A DNA stretch of 64,000 nt from assembly GCF_009914755.1 (NCBI RefSeq), contig NC_060926.1. The stretch is one strand, 5' to 3'. Each line of letters begins with the position of its first letter. Positions within the stretch are counted from its first letter, which is position 1. The notes under the pieces were generated by a model. It searched no databases, was not told the DNA's origin, and saw nothing but the letters and a program-made list of their open reading frames with translations. The translations under genes and the position numbers were made by a program. This DNA comes from the human T2T-CHM13v2.0 reference genome, Homo sapiens. Shown here piece after piece: positions 56,286-64,000 of the stretch.

Positions 56286-58607
56286 GTAGGTCAAACCAGA
56301 AAGTTAACCATCTGCTTCAGTGTTTTAATTTTATTTGTAGAATTCCTAATATTTAGATTGCTTCACTTTTTTTTGTTAGCCAACTCTGAAACCTGAATTT
56401 AATAAAACCTGCATCTTATGTGTTTTTAAACCTCAATTTTAATGACTTCAGTTCCTAACAAATGTATTTCAGATTTGTTCCTTCCTTTTTTCTCTTTACT
56501 GTCTCCATACCTTTATCACACATAATCTATCCTCAAGGCTAGATTTCATACTTTCATCAAATTTTTATGGAACAAAACTAGCTTTAGGCTCCTTGCCTAT
56601 TGAAGGATGTTTAGTGACTTCTTTTTTACCAAAAAAAAGTCCTGACTCGGGAAACTAGCAGTTGCGGCTCTCTTTCTTTATTGATAGAGTCTCACACGGC
56701 TTCCATAGGTGAACTATGGAAGTTCTATGGAAGAACTATGGAAGAGTTCTATGGAAGAGAACGGTTTATCGTATCTCTTCCCCATCTTTTACGTACATTT
56801 TCTCACTCCTCCCTTCATACTTTGTCTCATGCTATTTATCTGTGTGCAGTAATTTGACTTCTGCCTTTTGAGGTCCTCACCATTTTTTTCGACTTCTTAT
56901 TCATATCCTGTCTCTAGTTCACTTTAATCTCCTCATTCCCTAACTTTGTATGTGCTTTTTTTTATCCATACCACCCAATTGTTATTTGTTATCTTGGGTT
57001 TTGTCCTCGGATTGCTTTATTTGTGCAAGTGTCCTATTCTCTCGGCAAAATTTTAAACTTTAACTGAACCATGAGAGTAAATTGTAGTGTTGTTTTCACT
57101 GTAGCAATGCACAAAACAGGTGCTCAATAAACACTTGGTAATTTGTAAATAGTTGAGGTAGAAAGCTCTCTACCAGGATGAAAGGAATTTGTCCAAGAAT
57201 TAGGCTGGCCTTTATATTCTGTTCCACTGGGCTATTTGAATATCCCTGTGTCAATACTGCACTCCATAATAAGTAGTTTTTAAAAATAAATCTTGATGTC
57301 CAGTAGTGGAAAACCTCCTATCTCATTCTTGATCATTGTCTTGCTGATTTGGGGCTTTTATAAATCACCCTTCCGTATACATTTTACAATAAACTGTTAA
57401 GTTTCCTTTTAAAAATTCTGTTGAGGTTTTATCTGATGTTTTAGTTGAAGCTTAAATCAATGGGAAAGAACTGACATCTTTACAATAGTCAGTTTTTAAA
57501 TTATGAGTTTAGAATATCTTTCTGTTTAATTAGGCCCTTTGAAAATATCCCAACAAAATTGTGTAATTTTTTTCTACAGGTATTTTATATCTGCCTTGTT
57601 AGGTCTATTGGTAGGTACTCCATACTTTTTGGTGGCATTATAAGTAGCATCCTTTTAACCTGAAGCCCAGAAGTATACGGTAAATATAGACAGAAAGCTC
57701 CAAGAGAAGCCCCCTCTATTTCTGGTCTGAGGAGCAGAAAAGGGGTCTCCTATTAGATAGAATGTGGATGAAATCACCTGTTATCTTTATTGCTTGCCTT
57801 TTCTTTCCCTTGTTTCCCATCCAGTCCCCAGGCAGTCCTACGTGGTATGGATGGGCAGCTGTGAATGGGCAGGCACCCGAAACCCCAAGGAAGGGAAATC
57901 CATGTCTCTGACCAGAGAAACTTTGGTCCAAGGACATAGATGGAATCCACATTGGTTTTTCTTCTGTTTTCTCACTGCTTGGCCCCAGAGGCACAATCAG
58001 TCTCAGGATTGTATGACAGAGCAAGGAAACGAAAGCTTAGACATTCTACTCAGAATACCGGGAAGGGATGCCCAGGAGCAGGAAGTGTCAGGGAAATCAT
58101 AGAGAGGAGGGGACTCAAGAAAGAGGCCTCACAATTTTGGCTGTGAACTCCTAGGTCTTCTTGCAAGTGGTGTATGCATGGATCTGACCAAAGCCTTTGG
58201 TCTCCTTGGTAGACCACTGCTTGGGTCCCAGCCTGACTACTGGGCTGCACAGCACATGAGACAAATTCAAACAGCATTGCAGAGGCTGCGGAAGCGGAAC
58301 CCACATCAGAACCACAGTGCACAGAGGGTGGTCAGGAACTTCTGCCCAGAGGCTACATGGGTTGACTGCCTGCTAAAATGAAGCAGTCAACATCCTCCAT
58401 AGGATTTAAACAAGACCTATTCCAGTGTCCATACATAATATTCAAAAGACACAAGATACAATTTAAAATTACCCAAAATATGAAAAAGTCAACACCTCTT
58501 ACAAGGAAAAAGACTGTCCAAGCATAGCAGCTTTGAGATGACATGGACATTGCAATGAACACATAAAGATTTTAAGTAATGTAACCACACTCCAAGAATT
58601 AAGGGTG

Positions 58608-58770
58608 TAGCTGGGCATTGTGGTGCACACCTGTAGTCCCAGCTACTCTAGAGGCTGAGGCAGGAGGATCACTTGAGTCCAGGAGTTTAGGCTGCAATGG
58701 GCTATGATTGTGCCACTGCACTACAGCCTGGCTAACAGAACAAGACCCTGTTTCTGAACAAAAAAAAGAA
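58608..58770 (+). mobile_element. Alu monomer (FAM/FRAM) within old L1M fragments (~57200-59060)
   Basis: Single Alu arm with an A tail; L1M-like flanks. Confidence 0.8.
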
Positions 58771-59809
58771 TCAAACGTGAACACTCTTGAAACAAATGAA
58801 AAGAAAGTTTCAGCCAAGAAATAGAAGATATGAAAAACAACCAAATGATACACCCAAGTGTATACACACACACACACACACAAGAGTACAAGCAGAACTG
58901 TGGAAATCTCAGACTGGTGAATTGTATCACTGCCAACATCCTGGTTGACATATTATACTTATTATACCACAGTTTTGCAAAACATTACCTTTGGAGGAAA
59001 CCTAGTCAAAATGTACAGGGAATCTCCTTGTATTATTTTTTATAAAAACTTTAAAGAAAATATTTTATAACTGAAAAATGTAATGAAAAATAAAAATTTA
59101 CTCTTCAGGTTGCCTTCACAAAATGTCTCCTCTCCACCCTCTTCATTCAGTTTCTGCTGTTGGAGTTCAGGCTCTCATGCTTGGACTATGCTAATAATGT
59201 CTGACTGGTCCCTGCTTCCAGCCTCTCCCGCTGTGGTTTCGTTGCAGCCCTGCTGTCAGGAGAGTGTTATTTAACTAGACTCTGTTCATGCCAGTATTCC
59301 TTTTCAAAGCCCAGCAGAGGCTCCTTCTTTACAGAAGAGTTCTCAGTCCTTAGCTGGGCACTGGCATCCCTGTCTGAAGTGTTACTGTGACCTGTCTGTC
59401 TAGTCTTGCTTTTCCTACATTTCATAAGTACTCTGTTCCAGCCAAGCTACTCACTATTTTCTGTGTCTTAAGATTTTCTTTTTGTCCATCAGGAATGCCT
59501 GCCCTCAGTTCTTCCTGACCATACGGCTAGTATTCTCAGGAAGAAATCTGACCTGTCCCTTAGGACCCATCTCAGAATGTGATCATCTTGATGAGACATT
59601 AATTGATCTTTGTAGCCACTGTTACTGTCTCCTTCTCGTATGCTAGTGCTTATACCAAAACATGTCCTCATATGTCTGTGCAGTTGTTATCCAATATGTT
59701 TTCAGAAGTGAGTGAGATTTCGATAATGAGGGATGCATGTACTTTAAAAAATACATTTTATGTTTAATGTTAAAATTCTTGCTTAAAGTGTTTTATTTTT
59801 GTGTCCAAG

Positions 59810-59899
59810 GATTAATGACATCAAAAAAAGATAGTGCTTCTGAGTCAACACTTTCATTGCCTCCTGGTGAAGAACTTAAAACTGTGACAGAGAAAGATG
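59810..59899 (+). CDS. CLIP4: CLIP4 exon 10 (GLMTSKKDSASESTLSLPPGEELKTVTEKD)
   Basis: CCAAG acceptor, G|GTAATA donor; 90 nt, phase 1-1. Confidence 0.93.
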
Positions 59900-60663
59900 G
59901 TAATATACCTTGTAACCTCTGTTTCTCAAAATTTAACTTTTGATGGAACTTTAAAATATGGTAGGAAAACAGTTTATATGGAGGTTAAGTTTTAAAGTTG
60001 GCAAGGGAAAAATTATAGTAAAAATTAAACTTGGAAATCACTGAAGCAGCTCATAGCAAGCTATATACATTATATTTTTTGTGTGTAAAGTACTGCATTA
60101 TGATTCTTTTACTTAAATTAGATAACTACTGGACTAGATTTAAGAAAATAAACGGAAATTCCATAATATAGAGCACTCTACACAAATGTTTCATTTGCCT
60201 TTAGCTATCAAATCATTAGATGAATTGAGCATGAGTATTCCTTCTTGCCTTCTGGTTTAACTCAAAATGTCTTAATATTAAACTTTTGTTGCCTTAAAAC
60301 ATATTAATATCATGTTTAATTTTTGTATAAATAAGAGGGGACTCTACTATGTCATCTAAGGTGAGAGGTGACTGATGGTCATTAGATTAGGTAGTCAGTT
60401 CACATCAATTGATGTGGTGATACCTCTTATATAAGATTGTGATCTTACCGTGGGAATCCTTAAAATATTATTGCTTGTGTTATAAAATCTTTTATATATA
60501 AACTACAATTGCTATTTGGATGAAATTAGGCATTTAATTTGACACTAGATAATCCATAATTGAGGAAGTTAAATGAAGAATTTCAGAAAGATTTGCCTTG
60601 ACAAGCTGCTTCTTGGTCCACATCTTATTTTCCACCGTTTGACACGTTCTTTATCTGTTACAG

Positions 60664-60807
60664 TTGCCCTGCTTGGATCTGTCAGCAGCTGCTCCTCTAC
60701 ATCTTCTTTGGAACACAGACAGAGCTACCCCAAGAAACAGAATGCAATCAGCAGTAACAAGAAGACAATGAGCAAAAGCCCTTCCCTTTCATCCAGAGCC
60801 AGTGCTG
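60664..60807 (+). CDS. CLIP4: CLIP4 exon 11, Ser-rich linker (VALLGSVSSCSSTSS...SSRASA)
   Basis: TTACAG acceptor, weak G|GTATCT donor; 144 nt, phase 1-1. Confidence 0.93.
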
Positions 60808-62227
60808 GTATCTATGGCTTTTTCAACCAGGCTTTCTTGGTGTTTTTTATCTTGGTTTGTTTGTAAGTAGATTTGCTCTTTTTAAATGTGTAGAAGGAAC
60901 CCTTTACTTCAATCAGATTGAACTACTTTTACTCTTCCCCACCTCCCCCGAACCTTAAGCCTTAAGGTCTCTTTGTTTTGCCGTCTGAGATATAAGACTT
61001 TGCATTTATTTTCATGTAATTCATTCTTAGTGGTTTTACCTCATCTGAATTTAGCTTCTTCACAGGCCTTTGTGTCATCTTCATATTTAAAAAGCATGCT
61101 TTCTGTGTTTTTATTCAAGTGATTGTTTTAAAACTATGTTTGCTTAAAACCTAGGAGAAGGTCAGAGGGTCCTCTCCCAGGATGGCAATACCAGCCAGTT
61201 TTGATATGGCTTTTTAACTAGCCGTGAACCTGCATAATCTCACTCAGTCCACATTTCTTCAGTTATTTGTAAAGATACGTAAAACACTTTATCAGACTTC
61301 TTTTTGAAATGACATAGATTTTGTCTGTTGCAGTTCACTTATTTGCCTATATAGCGAACTTGTCCAGAAAGGCAAAAGCCATCTTGGCAAAATACGTTCT
61401 TCATGAACCTCTTTATTACCAGATTCTTTTTTTAGTACTTCTATTAATAGTTCTTGTAGTGAACCAACATTTTATTATGGAAAATATTCATGACAGATTT
61501 CTAAAAAAATACTTGATGGGAAGAAACCTCCAAAGCTCTCAACAATAACATTGACATAATAAGCCTAAAAACTGGGACCCTAAAAGTAGAGAACCTGAAA
61601 GTTTTCCCTGAAATTGTTTGCCTGGAATATTTATTCTCTGAGTGGCTTCCTCTCTCCATACCCCAACCAGTTTTTCTTTATGTTGTGAGGAGCAGAGGTG
61701 AGAAGGTACAGTGCTGACACAGCCATCCTGTTTGTCCAAATTTCATTCACATTTTAAGGCCCCCTTCATTTGGTATTTGCACTTTTGACATTTACTTGAT
61801 TTTAAAATTTATACATGGGTATGGAATTACTTTTTTTTTTTAACCTTCTAAACAAAGTAGTCTAGCGTGCCTATATATTTACCGTTTAAAAAAATAAATT
61901 TGAGGGTTATGTCGACTTAAACAACAGTGAAGATGAAGAGAGTTATCAGAGTGAGAAAGAGGACCTTTCAAAGAGGGAGATGGGCCGAGAATGGGAGATA
62001 TGGGAAAGTCTGTGTTGGGAACCCCAGAGACATGTACTTAAAACATGTTTCTCTAGTGAGTAGATATTCCACTTGTTTTATAGATTTGCATTTGAGGGAG
62101 ATGTAGACTGCAGAGAACGAACAATAATGGAAAGTTAGGTTAAAAAATTAGACAAAGAAGAGTGGAAATAAAGGATTCGGGGAATGGGAAAGGTAGGGAC
62201 CTCGGCCTCATCATATCCCATTGTTAT

Positions 62228-62394
62228 TTACTTTTTATTTTTTATTAAAGACAAGGTCTTGCTGTGTCGCCCAGGCTGGGGTGCAGTGTTGCAATCATAG
62301 TGACTGCAGCCTTCAACTCCTGGACCCAGGTGATCTTCCTACCTTGGCCTCCTAAAGTGCTGGGATTTACAGGCATGAGCCATCATGCCCAGCC
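62228..62394 (-). mobile_element. Alu monomer (hybrid right/left arm)
   Basis: Single-arm length with TSD-like TCCCA(T/C)TGTT. Confidence 0.85.
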
Positions 62395-63023
62395 TGTGTC
62401 CCACTGTTGAACTTGCCATCTTTGGTTCATTGTCTACAGGCAACAAGGGGACGGGCCTGAGGATTTCTGATCACAGAGTCTTGGTTTTAATCTAGGTGTA
62501 CCACTTACTGGATGTTAACAGTGTGTCTTAGTTAATTCCTGAGTTTGTATCTTATTTTTCAGCATAATTTTTAGGAAAAGCACTTTGTAAACTATGAAGT
62601 GCTATAGAATATTGGTTATGATGAGGGCCTTGGACTTACTGGTATAATCCAGACCTTCTCCATGGGTTTATTTTCCTTGTTTAGTTGCTGTGTTTTTGAT
62701 TTCTTCTTTTTTCACAGTATGACTTACCCTCCATCCCATGCCCTCCTCCAGAGTTCTCTACTCCCTCTCAGATGGCAGCTCTTCAAATCTTTGTTTATGT
62801 ACTGATGGGACAAGGCTCAAGCACCCACTTCTTCTCTTTCAGCTGTTATATTTGAACAGCTTTCTAGATCATATTTCTCTAGGACTTCTATGTTTAATAG
62901 TGGGCATTTCAAGGTTTAGTTTTGAATCAGGTTGACAGGGCAGTGGTTTTGTTCTTAATAACAAAATCACTTTAGGATAATTAGAACCGTATAGCAATTT
63001 AACCTTCAAATCACACTACTTTT

Positions 63024-63167
63024 GGCTGGTCACAGTGGCTCATGCCTGTTATCTTAGCACTTTGGGAAGCTGAGGTGGGAGGATCACTCAAGCCCAGGAG
63101 TTTGAGACCAGCTTGGTCAACACAGCAAGACCCTGTTTCTTTAAAAAAAAAAAAAAAAAAAAAAAAA
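63024..63167 (+). mobile_element. FLAM
   Basis: Left monomer plus a ~25-nt A tail; TSD-like TCAAATCACA..ACTTTT. Confidence 0.88.
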
Positions 63168-63249
63168 GTCAAATCACATGACTTTTTATATAATTTACAC
63201 TGAGTCTAAGTGAACTATTAATACTATAATTCTAGTATTTTAGTAGAAT

Positions 63250-63476
63250 AGAAATTGTCAAACTATGGCCCATGGGCCAAATCTGACCTACCACTTGTTT
63301 TTGTAAATAAAGTTCTTTGGAATGCAGCCATGCACATTTGAAAAAAATATATTGTCTATATCTACTTTCATGCTGCAACAGCAGAGTTCAATAGTTGTGG
63401 CAGAGGTGGTATGGCTAGCAAATCCTAACATATTTACTGTCCAGCAATTTGCAGAAACAGTTTGCTGTGACCCCTG
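63250..63476 (-). mobile_element. MER58A
   Basis: CAAACTATGGCCCATGGGCCAAATC...GTAAATAAAGTT...GACCCCTG. Confidence 0.8.
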
Positions 63477-63792
63477 TTCTAGTAGAGATGCTGCAGGCAA
63501 TCTTGGAAGAGTTGGTAGTTTACCAGGGATCAGGTTTTGTGAATTTCCCATGGCAGTAATTTTCCCAGGAAACTCTTCACATTTCCTTTGAGCAGCTTGA
63601 CCTCACATGTGAGAAACACAACTGTAGATGACTTATGTGATGAAAGGCATCAGATATCAAAATCACCAACTAACTAGACTAGTTAGAATACCTAGTGTGA
63701 TTTTTTGGCTAATGTGCTTTTTGAGTTTTTCTCCCTTTGTTTTTTCTCCTCTTTTCCTGCCCTGCCCCTGTATCCCTCCCTGACTTAAACAG

Positions 63793-63927
63793 GTTTGAAT
63801 TCCTCAGCAACATCTACAGCAAATAATAGCCGTTGCGAGGGGGAACTCCGCCTCGGAGAGAGAGTGTTAGTGGTAGGACAGAGACTGGGCACCATTAGGT
63901 TCTTTGGGACAACAAACTTCGCTCCAG
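63793..63927 (+). CDS. CLIP4: CLIP4 exon 12, start of CAP-Gly 2 (GLNSSATST...LRLGERVLVVGQRLGTIRFFGTTNFAP)
   Basis: Long pyrimidine tract + AACAG acceptor, CAG|GTAACT donor; 135 nt. Confidence 0.96.
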
Positions 63928-64000
63928 GTAACTCATCTGCATATTTTCTTAACTTGAATTCTTTAGAATACAAAAGGTTTAAAATTTTACATGTAAATAG

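Overview
Human (primate) genomic DNA. It contains the promoter and the 5' two-thirds of CLIP4 (CAP-Gly domain-containing linker protein 4; ankyrin repeats plus CAP-Gly domains) on the + strand. A CpG island (~18640-19540) holds the probable non-coding first exon. Eleven coding exons (24846-63927) splice in frame to give residues 1-511, from MTIEDLPDFP to the start of the second CAP-Gly domain; the gene continues beyond the window. The rest is mostly interspersed repeats: Alus, nested L1s, MLT/ERV LTRs, MER DNA transposons, MIR and L2. Nearly all ORFs in the supplied track are repeat-derived or spurious. I see no prokaryote-style novel system. The most interesting signals concern RNA processing and regulation: (1) a strong alternative 5' splice site 55 nt downstream of exon 11 that would replace the distal CAP-Gly domains with a hydrophobic, tail-anchor-like C-terminus; (2) a GC-AG intron; (3) a candidate distal first exon ~17.7 kb upstream, with a paired SOXE-type site and a uORF that stops 3 nt before the main ATG; (4) several near-perfect inverted or templated repeats. 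Exon coordinates were counted by hand. Repeat boundaries and subfamily names are approximate and come from recognition, not a RepeatMasker run.
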